64,000 bases of DNA from Candidatus Poribacteria bacterium. GTDB taxonomy: Bacteria; Poribacteria; WGA-4E; WGA-3G. The notes under the pieces are model-generated. The model saw nothing but the letters and a program-made list of their open reading frames with translations, did no database searches and was not told the origin of the DNA. The stretch's first letter is position 1, and every line of letters starts with the position of its first letter. Positions 45,555 through 55,230 of the stretch are shown here, one piece after another. The position numbers and the translations under genes are program-made. Location: positions 27,964-91,963 of the forward strand of contig JAJDTM010000026.1 of assembly GCA_022827185.1 (NCBI GenBank), in the 5' to 3' direction.

Positions 45555-47561
45555 ATGTTTAGTTCCAATTTTCGGAAGCTGGTATATCTAATTTTTTCCA
45601 CGCTGTTTTTAGGATTAACGAGTCTGGTTGCGATTTTCGCTGAGGAGCGTACCACGCCTATAGAATTGGAAAAGATTGTTGTGACACCGGGGCGTTTTAC
45701 AATTTATGAGGGAGCATCAGCGCGGATTTCCCTATCTAAGCAGGAGATTGAACGTTTTCCGTTGGTTGACAATGATGTGATGCGCGCGGGACATGTTTTT
45801 CCGGGCGTGATCTCAAGCGACTATAGCGCGCGATTCAGTGTGCGAGGGGGCGAGAAGGACGATATTTCAGTTAGATTGGATGGCATGGAACTCTACAATC
45901 CGTATCATCTACAGGACTTCGGCGGCGCGGTTTCACTTATCGGTTTGGATCTCGTTCAGGACACGCAATTATTGATGGGCGGATTTCCTGCCGCGTATGG
46001 GGAAAAGATGTCCGGCGTTTTTGACATCACAACAAGGGAACCGAATACTGAACAATTCTCCGCAAATTTTGGGCTAGATCTGGTTAACGCGACGGCAACT
46101 CTGGAGGGACCGCTCACGGAAAAAGGCAGTTGGATCCTATCTGCACGACGTGGGTATATTGATCTCATTCTCGCACTCATTGACCTTGATGAAGACTATA
46201 ATCCGCAGTATGCCGATGTCTATGGGAAGTTCATATACCGACTGACCCCATCAGACACACTCACGCTTAATGGATTATACGGTTGGGACAAGAATCATCA
46301 ACGTTTGGATGATGTAGACAGTAACTTGGATTCCCTGTATAACAATTCAACAGCTTGGGCAAAATGGCGACATGCCTTTAATGATTCATACTGGACAGAT
46401 GTGTTTGTTTTCGGTGGTATTTCTGATCAGGATAGAATGAGCGGGAGGGCGGACTCTGACAATCGAAATTTCAGGTTTTTCGGCACAAAAACGGAATTTA
46501 CAGCAAACTTTTTTGATGATCACACCGTTCGTACAGGTGTAACGTGGCGATGGTTGACAGCGCAATATCAATATAACGTCCAAGAACGGCAAGCGGGTAT
46601 AAATGTATACAAACCGATTCTTGCGGATGTTGACGAGAGTGGCAGCGAATTCAGCGCGTTCCTACAAGATGAGTGGCAGCTTCACTCGAAACTTGCGCTC
46701 AATGTCGGCGGGCGTTACGTCTACCAGCAGTATCGAGAAGAAGGTATCCAGCGTTATGAAATTGGACCGCGAATCGCACTTGCAGTAAAACCGACGCGCA
46801 ACTTTATCTTACGCGGGGCTTGGGGCATTTACCATCAGCCCGTTAGCCTCATGGGAGTCCCTGTGGAGGATGGTATCGAAACGGTGGGACGTGCCGAAAG
46901 TGCTGGACATTACGTCATTGGTGCTGAATATACGCCTACCGATAATTTCTTTATGCGTGTAGAAGGCTATTACAATACATTTGATAATCTTGTTGGACGG
47001 CTTCGCGAATTCGGACGGCAAAATCAGATTTTCGTCCCGCCGCAATCCGGGGATGCAAAAGGACTTGATGTGTTCATGACACATGCGGTTTCAAATCGTT
47101 TAACATGGACACTCGGTTATGCTTACGGCGTTGCCAAAGAGGTCGCTGGTGGCACAAATATCTTTCGCCAATATGACCGACGGCACTCCTTTGCTATTAG
47201 CAGTAACTATCAGTTTGCACCGATGTGGCATCTCTATCTCAGTTGGCGTTTTCATACTGGTCAGCCGAGAACACCTCTTATTCACACGGAAGTTCTGCAA
47301 CCTGATGGGAGTATCCTTTGTGACCGGCAGTTTGGTGCTATCCACTCAGAACGGATGCCCGCTTATCATAGCCTCGATTTTCGCATTACAAAGCGGAGTT
47401 CGTATCAGCGATGGGAACTGTCTTGGTATTTCCAAATTTTAAACTTATATAACCGGAGGAACTTGGATCAATATGCCTTTAGTGAAGTCGAGGGATGCAC
47501 TGTTGAAGGAGAACCCCTGTTACCAATCCTTCCGACCCTGGGAGTGACGATGCGTTTCTAA
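45555..47561 (+). CDS. TonB-dependent receptor
   Basis: EKIVVTP TonB-box-like segment, SVRGG, LDGMELYNPYH, GGFPAAYGEKMSGV, LQDEW, NLYNRRN, C-terminal Phe. Confidence 0.88.
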   Translation: MFSSNFRKLVYLIFSTLFLGLTSLVAIFAEERTTPIELEKIVVTPGRFTIYEGASARISLSKQEIERFPLVDNDVMRAGHVFPGVISSDYSARFSVRGGEKDDISVRLDGMELYNPYHLQDFGGAVSLIGLDLVQDTQLLMGGFPAAYGEKMSGVFDITTREPNTEQFSANFGLDLVNATATLEGPLTEKGSWILSARRGYIDLILALIDLDEDYNPQYADVYGKFIYRLTPSDTLTLNGLYGWDKNHQRLDDVDSNLDSLYNNSTAWAKWRHAFNDSYWTDVFVFGGISDQDRMSGRADSDNRNFRFFGTKTEFTANFFDDHTVRTGVTWRWLTAQYQYNVQERQAGINVYKPILADVDESGSEFSAFLQDEWQLHSKLALNVGGRYVYQQYREEGIQRYEIGPRIALAVKPTRNFILRGAWGIYHQPVSLMGVPVEDGIETVGRAESAGHYVIGAEYTPTDNFFMRVEGYYNTFDNLVGRLREFGRQNQIFVPPQSGDAKGLDVFMTHAVSNRLTWTLGYAYGVAKEVAGGTNIFRQYDRRHSFAISSNYQFAPMWHLYLSWRFHTGQPRTPLIHTEVLQPDGSILCDRQFGAIHSERMPAYHSLDFRITKRSSYQRWELSWYFQILNLYNRRNLDQYAFSEVEGCTVEGEPLLPILPTLGVTMRF

Positions 47562-47693
47562 CAACACGCAGTTCCTTTTCTGTAGGCGCGGATTGTACGT
47601 GCAGTTTCGGCGTGATGGTGTATTGTATTCGCGACCTCCAAACAATTTTTTCAAGTTTCAAGGTCCTCACTGGTTTGCAAGAGAGATGAAAAG

Positions 47694-48137
47694 ATGTTTA
47701 GACATATCAAAAAACTTCTAAAAAAGATACGGCAGCAGTATATAAGAAATTTACAGGGACGGAATTTACCGAAGGCTGCGCCCAGTGTGTCGGAAGCGAT
47801 TCTTCCGTTGGACGCGGACACTTACACGCTTACGCCGAATCAACTCAAAGAGATGATGGACGAAGGTAAACCGTTTATTTTGTTGGATGTACGAGAGAAA
47901 TGGGAGTATGAAATGGTGCACCTTGAAGGCGCGATGTTGATCCCTTTGGGTGAGCTGCCGAGACGGTTTAGGGAAGTTACCCCAGCGGTTGAGGTTATCG
48001 TATATTGCCACTGGGGGATGCGAAGCCTTGATGCAGCATTTCTTTTACAACAACTCGGTTTTAAATCGGTGAAGAGTTTGGTCGGTGGTATTGATCGGTG
48101 GGCGCAGGAAATTGATGCGCGAATCCTTCGGTATTAG
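47694..48137 (+). CDS. Rhodanese-like domain protein (MoeZ C-terminus-like)
   Basis: LLDVREKWE, VYCHWGMRS, LVGGIDRWAQEID..ILRY. Confidence 0.88.
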   Translation: MFRHIKKLLKKIRQQYIRNLQGRNLPKAAPSVSEAILPLDADTYTLTPNQLKEMMDEGKPFILLDVREKWEYEMVHLEGAMLIPLGELPRRFREVTPAVEVIVYCHWGMRSLDAAFLLQQLGFKSVKSLVGGIDRWAQEIDARILRY

Positions 48138-48160
48138 TCCGGAGCAGTAATTTCTGTTCT

Positions 48161-48244
48161 TTAAACCCCCTAAAGAATCAGAATCAGAATCAACGGTATG
48201 AATGCCTTATGGGCATTCCCCGCCCCTTATCAGGGGGACTTTAA
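48161..48244. repeat. Nested small palindromes and a hexamer repeat between convergent genes
   Basis: ccccctaa, (agaatc)x3, gaatgcc-ttat-gggcattc, ccccttatcagggg. Confidence 0.5.
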
Positions 48245-48260
48245 TGAGAAATATTTCCGG

Positions 48261-49652
48261 CTACGGTTCTGTTTTGAAGTCTTGGCTCTGGAGTTCATAT
48301 TTCTGCATCCGGTGTTGGAGTTTACGACGCGAAATACCGAGCAGTTTTGCGGCTTGAATTTGGTTCCCATTGCTTTTCGTCAACGCGCTGCACACATATT
48401 CCTTAATAATATCGTCAAGCGAAACCCCTTCCTCTGGAATATCAAATTCAACGTCGGTGGTTGGCAGCGATGTATCTAAAATCTCCGGCGGCAATTCATC
48501 TTTATCTATCACCTCATTTTCTGAGAGCACAAAGATCCGGCGTAGATAGTTTTCTAATTGCCGAATGTTGCCGGGCCACTCGTAACGTCGGAGTGCTGAC
48601 ATTGCTTGCGGCGTAACCTGCTTCGGTAACGCCTCCGCATACTCGTTACTGAATTTCTGGATGAGGAAATTCACGAGCATGGGAATATCCTCAGGGTGTT
48701 CTCGAAGCGGTGGGACGTGAAGCGGAATCACATTCAAACGAAAATAGAGATCGTCTCGGAATGTTCCGTCTCGGACTGCCTGAATGAGGTCCTTGTTCGT
48801 GGCGGCAATTACACAAACATCAATTTTAATACTCTGAGTGCCGCCGACTCGGCGTATCTCGCGTTCTTCAAGGACTTGTAAGAGTTTGCTCTGTGTCTGC
48901 GTCGGAAGGTCGCCGATCTCATCAAGGAAGAGGATTCCTTCATTTGCGACTTCAAACAGCCCTTTCTTCTGCTGTGCAGCGTCTGTAAATGCTCCTTTTT
49001 CGTGTCCAAAGAGTTCGCTTTCAATCAGCGTATCTGGAATCGCACCACAGTTAACAGCGATGAAAGGTTTATCTTTTCTAAGTCCGTGTTTATGGAGTGC
49101 TCGTGCAACTAAACTTTTCCCGGAGCCTGTTTCTCCAGTGATGAGAACTTGCGTGACACCACGATGCAAGATCCGAGCCATCTTTTTGAAAAGTTCCTGC
49201 ATCTGCTCACTTTCACCTACAATTTCATCAATCTGAATTTCAGGCGTTGGATCATCGGTCCCGCTTTCGGGTTCTCCGAGCGCGCCGCGCGTCTGCAAGG
49301 CGTGCTTTACTTCTCGTTTTAGAACATCAACTTGAATCGGTTTTTCGAGGTAATAGAACGCCCCTTCATGTGCCACAAGATTAACAGCATCGTTCAATTC
49401 GGCGTACGCTGTCATGATAAGGACCGGCAGGTCTGGATCGGTACGCTTTATTTCGCGAAGCAGATCTCGACCTTCAAACCGTGAAGACATCCACATGTCG
49501 CTGATAACGAGGTCAAACATTTGCTGCGCTAAGCTTTCAAGTGCGGCTTTGCTGTCTTCAACGATTTCAACCGAATAGCCTTCACGTTTTAAAATACGCT
49601 GTAAAATTGTCAGTTGTGCTTGGTCGTCGTCTACGATTAGTATTGATGCCAT
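48261..49652 (-). CDS. sigma54-dependent response regulator (NtrC/AtoC family)
   Basis: Receiver domain (ILIVDDD, ISDMWM), GETGSGKS, ESELFGHEKGAFTDA, LFLDEIG, WPGNIRQL, Fis-type HTH. Confidence 0.93.
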   Translation of the reverse strand: MASILIVDDDQAQLTILQRILKREGYSVEIVEDSKAALESLAQQMFDLVISDMWMSSRFEGRDLLREIKRTDPDLPVLIMTAYAELNDAVNLVAHEGAFYYLEKPIQVDVLKREVKHALQTRGALGEPESGTDDPTPEIQIDEIVGESEQMQELFKKMARILHRGVTQVLITGETGSGKSLVARALHKHGLRKDKPFIAVNCGAIPDTLIESELFGHEKGAFTDAAQQKKGLFEVANEGILFLDEIGDLPTQTQSKLLQVLEEREIRRVGGTQSIKIDVCVIAATNKDLIQAVRDGTFRDDLYFRLNVIPLHVPPLREHPEDIPMLVNFLIQKFSNEYAEALPKQVTPQAMSALRRYEWPGNIRQLENYLRRIFVLSENEVIDKDELPPEILDTSLPTTDVEFDIPEEGVSLDDIIKEYVCSALTKSNGNQIQAAKLLGISRRKLQHRMQKYELQSQDFKTEP

Positions 49653-49687
49653 TTTTTTCTCCTTGTTGAGCCGTTGACTTGGTAAAT

Positions 49688-51244
49688 TTATGCGAGTTTA
49701 TTCACATTGCGTGGAAGACTGATTTTAAAAGCCGTTCCCATTCCCATTTTGCTTCTGACTTCGATCGTGCCTTTATGCGCAGTGATGATCTGGTGCGAAA
49801 TGGCAAGTCCAAGTCCTATGCCGCCGGTAGCATCTTTTGTTGTAAAATATGCATCGTAAATCTGTTCCTGAATTTCCTCGGGGATGCCGATACCGGTATC
49901 CCGAATTTCGATCGCTGCACGATCCATCTCATCCGCTATCTCCTCAATTAAGGTGGTAATGTAAATGCTACCACCCTTCGGCATTGCTTGGATGCTGTTT
50001 TGCACAAAGTTGAAGAGGGTTTGCCGCATTAATGCTGTATCCAATGGGACATCCGGTAGATTTTCGTCATAATTTTTAATGACTTGCACCTTGGCTTCTT
50101 CGGTGACGAGTGCGAATTCCGATAAAACCTGCTCTACAAGCGCATTAAGGTTTACCGATTCTATATTCAATTTTCTCGGTCGGTTTAGGGTGAGGAACTG
50201 CTGTGAAGTCTGCTTTAATTCCCCTATTTTTTTATCAACGATCTCTAAAAGTTCTTTCGCTTCTTCAATATCGTCGGGACTCACCTTTCGTTGTGAGAAA
50301 ACAGATTTTAGATGCTGGGCAGTCATTCCAATTGAATTAAGTGGATTCCGAATTTCGTGTGCCACGCCTGCAGCAAATTGCCCTAAGGCAGTGATCCTTT
50401 TTGAATGAGAATCTCGCAGTTGCCACAGCATCCGGACGAGGTTATGGGTTGCCCTTCCGATTTCATCCGAGGAATAAGTCTGATCGAGAGATAAATCGCC
50501 ACTTTCTGCGCTCTGAATAATACGCGTCATGCGTTCTAACGGCTTCATAATCAGGTGATTCGTCGTTAGATCAATCAGAATTACGAGGAGTGCCCCGACA
50601 ATCACGATCAGTATCGCGTGCATCAACAACGAGTTTCGGATTGACCTGTCAATATAAGGGACGTCGAAAAGCACTTGTATGTAGCCGGTGACTTCCCATC
50701 GAACATCAGGCAGTAGCAATCCTTCATCAAGGGTTGGTTCGTATGCAGGATCACTGGGTTCTAATCCGCTCGGCTTTGGCTCACTCAAGGGGACGGCGTA
50801 TTTAATAACAATAGCCGTTGCGTTCTGACCCTCAACTGCGGCTATCGTTGCCCCTTTTGTCGCAATTTGCTCCAAGGCTGCTGCGTCAAGGTTTATATTG
50901 ACAGTATCTTCACCGGCGAGTAGACTCGAACGGATGCGGGTATTACTTAAAGAGACATGAACATTTAACACATCCTGCATATCCGGGTGTTCCCGTTTGA
51001 GTTCATTGAGTACCTGATCCAGCCGGTCTGCGTCAAATACCTTTGTCGTTTCAATCTCTCTCACAATAGCATCAAGGATTGTGTTTTCAGTGATTTTCTT
51101 CAGTTCCGCACCGCGTTCTGCCCCCAAGGCATGAAGCGCGTTCATCTCACTTCGGACACGAATGCTGTCGAAAAAGTAGAATGCCACAAGGACGGCTATT
51201 ACGGAGAGGTTGATAACGAGAGAATACTTCCATTGGAGTCGCAT
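49688..51244 (-). CDS. Sensor histidine kinase (2 TM, HAMP)
   Basis: AAGVAHEIRNPL, NSIQAM, DTGIGI, FTTK, GIGLGLAI. Confidence 0.93.
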   Translation of the reverse strand: MRLQWKYSLVINLSVIAVLVAFYFFDSIRVRSEMNALHALGAERGAELKKITENTILDAIVREIETTKVFDADRLDQVLNELKREHPDMQDVLNVHVSLSNTRIRSSLLAGEDTVNINLDAAALEQIATKGATIAAVEGQNATAIVIKYAVPLSEPKPSGLEPSDPAYEPTLDEGLLLPDVRWEVTGYIQVLFDVPYIDRSIRNSLLMHAILIVIVGALLVILIDLTTNHLIMKPLERMTRIIQSAESGDLSLDQTYSSDEIGRATHNLVRMLWQLRDSHSKRITALGQFAAGVAHEIRNPLNSIGMTAQHLKSVFSQRKVSPDDIEEAKELLEIVDKKIGELKQTSQQFLTLNRPRKLNIESVNLNALVEQVLSEFALVTEEAKVQVIKNYDENLPDVPLDTALMRQTLFNFVQNSIQAMPKGGSIYITTLIEEIADEMDRAAIEIRDTGIGIPEEIQEQIYDAYFTTKDATGGIGLGLAISHQIITAHKGTIEVRSKMGMGTAFKISLPRNVNKLA

Positions 51245-51245
51245 T

Positions 51246-52787
51246 TTAGCTCATAACCCGTTGCACTGCCGCTTTCCATTGCGAGAGTTTCTGATTCCGT
51301 TCGTTTGGGTCAATCTGTGGTGAAAAGACGCGAGCCGTAGAAACTTCATCTGCCGGTGCAGCTTGTGCAGAGCGATACGTCTCCAGTTCAGCAATGTCGT
51401 TCCACATTCCGGTTGTTATACCGGCAAGGTACGCTGCACCCAGTCCTGTTGACTCGATTTGCGCGGGACGTTCTACATCTATCCCCAGAATATCGGCTTG
51501 GAACTGCATGAGAAAGTCATTTGCGGTTGCCCCACCGTCAACACGCAACCGATCCATCGTCATTTCTGCATCTGTCAACATCGCAGTGACGACATCTGCG
51601 GATTGATAGGCGATTGATTCTAAAGTGGCACGGATAATCTGTGTGCGGGTACTTCCGCGTGTTAAACCGAGAATAGCACCGCGCGCCTCAGCGTCCCAAT
51701 AGGGGGCACCAAGTCCAGTAAATGCAGGAACAACAAAGATACCGCCTGAATCTGGGATACTAGCTGCGATTTCTTCCGTTTCTGCTGCGTTCTCAATAAT
51801 CTGGATACCATCACGAAGCCATTGGACAGCAGCACCTGCGACAAATACACTACCTTCCAGGGCATAAACGGGGTTTTCATCTAAACTACAAGCAAGCGTT
51901 GTCAGAAGACCTGTCTCCGTCTCTATTTTTTCATTCCCTGTATTTAGCATGAGGAAACAACCTGTCCCGTATGTGTTTTTCACCATGCCGGGTTTGGTAC
52001 ACAATTGCCCGAAAAGGGCTGCTTGCTGATCCCCCGCAATTCCCGCAATTGGAATGCCATCTAAACATATATTTTTCTCGAAGGTTTCAAGCCAAAAATT
52101 GCGGTAGAAACTCGCTGTACCGAAGTTGTTCGCTGACGGATACACTTCCGGTAATATTGCTTTTGGAACGTTGAAGATTTCCAAAAGCGTATCGTCCCAT
52201 GAAAGGGTGTTGATATTAAAGAGTAACGTGCGCGATGCGTTTGTATAATCAGTTTTATGTACGGTACCGTCTGTTAATTTCCACAAGAGCCACGTGTCAA
52301 CAGTTCCGAAGGCGAGTTCACCGCGTTCGGCTTGTTCCCTTGCCCCGTTAACATGATCAAGAATCCACGCCACCTTTGTTGCTGAAAAGTAGGCATCTAA
52401 GACAAGCCCTGTTTTCGCTGTTATCTCTTTCACAACCCCCTGTTTTTCAAGGGAAGTACATCTATCAGCAGTGCGCCGACACTGCCACACAATTGCAGGG
52501 TAGATCGGTTTTCCTGTTTTCCGATCCCAGACGAGCGTTGTTTCGCGTTGATTGGTAATTCCGAGTGCTATAATGTTTGGAGCGGTATCTCCAAAAAGTG
52601 CCTCTATTGCCTGTAGTGTAGCGTTCCAAATCTCTTCTGGATCATGTTCTACCCAACCGGGGTGTGGGTAATATTGTGTGAATTCTTGGTATCCCCGCGC
52701 AACGATGTTGCCGTGTACGTCAACGAGCAGAGTAGTGGTGCCTGTTGTCCCTTGATCGATTGCGAGGATACAAGCGGTATTCGACAT
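51246..52787 (-). CDS. glpK: Glycerol kinase
   Basis: AIDQGTT, GITNQRET, AIVWQCRRT, YFSATK, NASRT, GDQQAALFGQ, KNTYGTG, YALEGS. Confidence 0.95.
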   Translation of the reverse strand: MSNTACILAIDQGTTGTTTLLVDVHGNIVARGYQEFTQYYPHPGWVEHDPEEIWNATLQAIEALFGDTAPNIIALGITNQRETTLVWDRKTGKPIYPAIVWQCRRTADRCTSLEKQGVVKEITAKTGLVLDAYFSATKVAWILDHVNGAREQAERGELAFGTVDTWLLWKLTDGTVHKTDYTNASRTLLFNINTLSWDDTLLEIFNVPKAILPEVYPSANNFGTASFYRNFWLETFEKNICLDGIPIAGIAGDQQAALFGQLCTKPGMVKNTYGTGCFLMLNTGNEKIETETGLLTTLACSLDENPVYALEGSVFVAGAAVQWLRDGIQIIENAAETEEIAASIPDSGGIFVVPAFTGLGAPYWDAEARGAILGLTRGSTRTQIIRATLESIAYQSADVVTAMLTDAEMTMDRLRVDGGATANDFLMQFQADILGIDVERPAQIESTGLGAAYLAGITTGMWNDIAELETYRSAQAAPADEVSTARVFSPQIDPNERNQKLSQWKAAVQRVMS

Positions 52788-52903
52788 ATTAGGGGTGCTG
52801 CTCCTGGTTGTTTTATTTAAGCATAACATGGATGGGAAAAAATATCAATTGAAAATCAGGTCTTGGCTAACGAGAGAATTTTGAAATTTTTTATTAATTC
52901 GGG

Positions 52904-52933
52904 TTGACATCGGATTTGTTGTTTTGGTATAAT
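52904..52933 (+). promoter_or_regulatory. sigma70 promoter
   Basis: TTGACA-N18-TATAAT. Confidence 0.65.
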
Positions 52934-53194
52934 ATACCATTATGTCTTAACTGTATTGTACAGTGCTGCATTACGCAGAACCGCTTTCGTTTGCCTTCAG
53001 TGTCCTAATATATCTGCCCCGTTGGAACTGATAAATCAAAACTTGTATATGGCTCCTATCAGACAAAGACTTGGCTTCCAGAAAAAGGCTGCGGGTGGAC
53101 GGATGAGATGGCTCTACATCTCAATCAATGTATGATTGAGATTGTTATCGCGAACATAAAACAGATTTCTGATAGTTCAGAGAGGAGTAAAGTT

Positions 53195-55081
53195 GTGAAA
53201 AAGGTTTGGATTTGCGCGCTGATCGTGTTCTGCTTGGCTGCATATCATAGCCATGCACAGATTAAGTGGGACGCTGAAAAGTTTATGCCGTTGTCCGAAG
53301 TGGAACCGGGCATGAAAGGGAAAGGTTACACTGTCTTCTCAGGAATAACGGTAGACGCGTTTGAATGTGAAGTTGTGAGTGTTGAATACAATTATTACCC
53401 GGGCTGGCACGTGGTATGGTTTGAAGGTCTCAGCGACAACTTTAAACGCAGCGGTCCTGCAGGCGGTATGAGCGGTAGCCCGGTATATATTAATGGACGG
53501 CTCCTGGGCGCACTCGCGCTTGGGTTTATCAATCAGCGTGAACATTCCAATCTCTTTGGTGTCACACCGTTGGAATTGATGGTTAAAGTGGCACAGCGTG
53601 GGATGGAGCCCAATTTAAGCTACCAAGGCACGCAACTCTTTAACCTTGGCACTGCAGCTGCGTCGCAGGAATCCGGTTTGGATATGGGACCGTCACTGCT
53701 TCGGGATGGTAAGGTCGGACAAATTCCCCGTAGTTTTGATGAAATATGGTTTGAGAGCATTTCCAGTACGCCTTCCCGAACGCGATCTGCACAGTTGTCT
53801 ATACCGATTGCGCATCCACCACTGAGTCCTGAACTCATGCGTTTTGTCAAGCCGCTTTTTGACAAATACAATTATACGCCTGTTCAGGCTGCGGGCGGCG
53901 GCGGTCGTTTTAAAAAATCACCCGTTGAGGAGGGACAAATCATCGGGACGGAAGCCGTGCGTGGTGATGTCTCGTTTTTTGGCTATGGCACTATTACTTA
54001 CGTGGATGGGAATGAGTTAGTCGCTTATGGGCATCCTGCTGGTGCAGCGGAAGGACACGTCAATCTGCCCCTTTCTGGTGGTTATGTCCATTTTATTTAT
54101 CCGAGTCGATCCCGTTCCTCCAAAATCGCGGCACCGACACAACCGATCGGCACCTTAGTCCAAAATCGGGAGCCAGCAATCGCCGGTCTTATTGGAAAGC
54201 ATCCGAGTTATATTCCCGTCAATGTCAATGTCCAAACAGTTGATGGGAAACGGCACCAAAAGTTCTATGAAGTCGTAAGAGACCGCGGAATATCTGGTGC
54301 CTATGTTGGGATAGGGGCATCCTTCATCCTTGATGCGCTTGAGTTTTATTTTCACGACCACACGGTCAACATGAACGCGACCATCACCTTAAAAGAACAT
54401 GCCGACCTAAAAACCCAAGAATTGACGTACAAAAACGTCTTTTCCTCCAGCGGTTCACCCGCGTTTGGTATTATGCAAACGCTAAGTTTTCCAATGGCAT
54501 TGTTAGATAGTAACCCTTACACAAGGGTTCAAGTTGAAGGCGTTGATCTTGACATCAAAGTTGAAGATAAACGGCGAACAGCAAGGATTCAGAGCCTTCG
54601 GGTAGATAAACTTCGATATCGCCCGGGCGATACCGTCGCCGTTGAAGTAACTTTGCAGCCTTATCTTGAGGCACCTATAGTCCAGACGGCAACGATTACG
54701 GTTCCCAACGATGCCCCAGATGGACTTGTTATGCTCCTCGCTTCTAACGCAGGTTTTTACGAGTCTTGGCAGCGTTCCCGCGCCCCCTTTAATTTTCGAT
54801 ATAAAGACATCAACCAGTTAGTTGAGCTCTTGAAACGGGAGGAGAATAATTCCAATATTATTTTGGAACTTTCTGTGCCTCAGCCGGGCCTCACCGTTCA
54901 GGGTCAAGAATTCTCAAATCTTCCGCCTTCGGTTATGTCTGTGATGAACACTGCAAAGCAGGTGGTCGGTAATAGTGGGTATACTTCGGGGACAGCCTTG
55001 CATGTTAACAAAATGTCCACGAACTATGTCGTTTCTGGCAGTGGCATCATTCGCTTTGTTGTTGATAGGAATGCCGAATAA
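53195..55081 (+). CDS. Secreted SpoIVB-like (S55) peptidase domain protein
   Basis: GAGGAG RBS plus GTG; signal peptide; PGMKGKGYTVF, GGMSGSPVYINGRLLGA, GTITYVDG..VAYGHP. Confidence 0.8.
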   Translation: MKKVWICALIVFCLAAYHSHAQIKWDAEKFMPLSEVEPGMKGKGYTVFSGITVDAFECEVVSVEYNYYPGWHVVWFEGLSDNFKRSGPAGGMSGSPVYINGRLLGALALGFINQREHSNLFGVTPLELMVKVAQRGMEPNLSYQGTQLFNLGTAAASQESGLDMGPSLLRDGKVGQIPRSFDEIWFESISSTPSRTRSAQLSIPIAHPPLSPELMRFVKPLFDKYNYTPVQAAGGGGRFKKSPVEEGQIIGTEAVRGDVSFFGYGTITYVDGNELVAYGHPAGAAEGHVNLPLSGGYVHFIYPSRSRSSKIAAPTQPIGTLVQNREPAIAGLIGKHPSYIPVNVNVQTVDGKRHQKFYEVVRDRGISGAYVGIGASFILDALEFYFHDHTVNMNATITLKEHADLKTQELTYKNVFSSSGSPAFGIMQTLSFPMALLDSNPYTRVQVEGVDLDIKVEDKRRTARIQSLRVDKLRYRPGDTVAVEVTLQPYLEAPIVQTATITVPNDAPDGLVMLLASNAGFYESWQRSRAPFNFRYKDINQLVELLKREENNSNIILELSVPQPGLTVQGQEFSNLPPSVMSVMNTAKQVVGNSGYTSGTALHVNKMSTNYVVSGSGIIRFVVDRNAE

Positions 55082-55082
55082 A

Positions 55083-55197
55083 AAGTTGTCAGTTTTCAGT
55101 ACGATTTTTTCTGCGAAAAAATCTTTCAGTTTTCAGAAAGAGACTTTCGGATTATTAGAAACCTCTTGTAACTGGTAACTGGTAACTGATAACTATT
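55083..55197. repeat. Heptamer-armed palindromic intergenic repeat (same family as 35378-35488)
   Basis: agttgtcagttttcagtacg...ggattattagaaacctcttg-TAACTGG-TAACTGG-TAACTGA-TAACTAT. Confidence 0.75.
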
Positions 55198-55230
55198 CTC
55201 TCTAAACAACCCTACAGGAGGGTATTTTCA

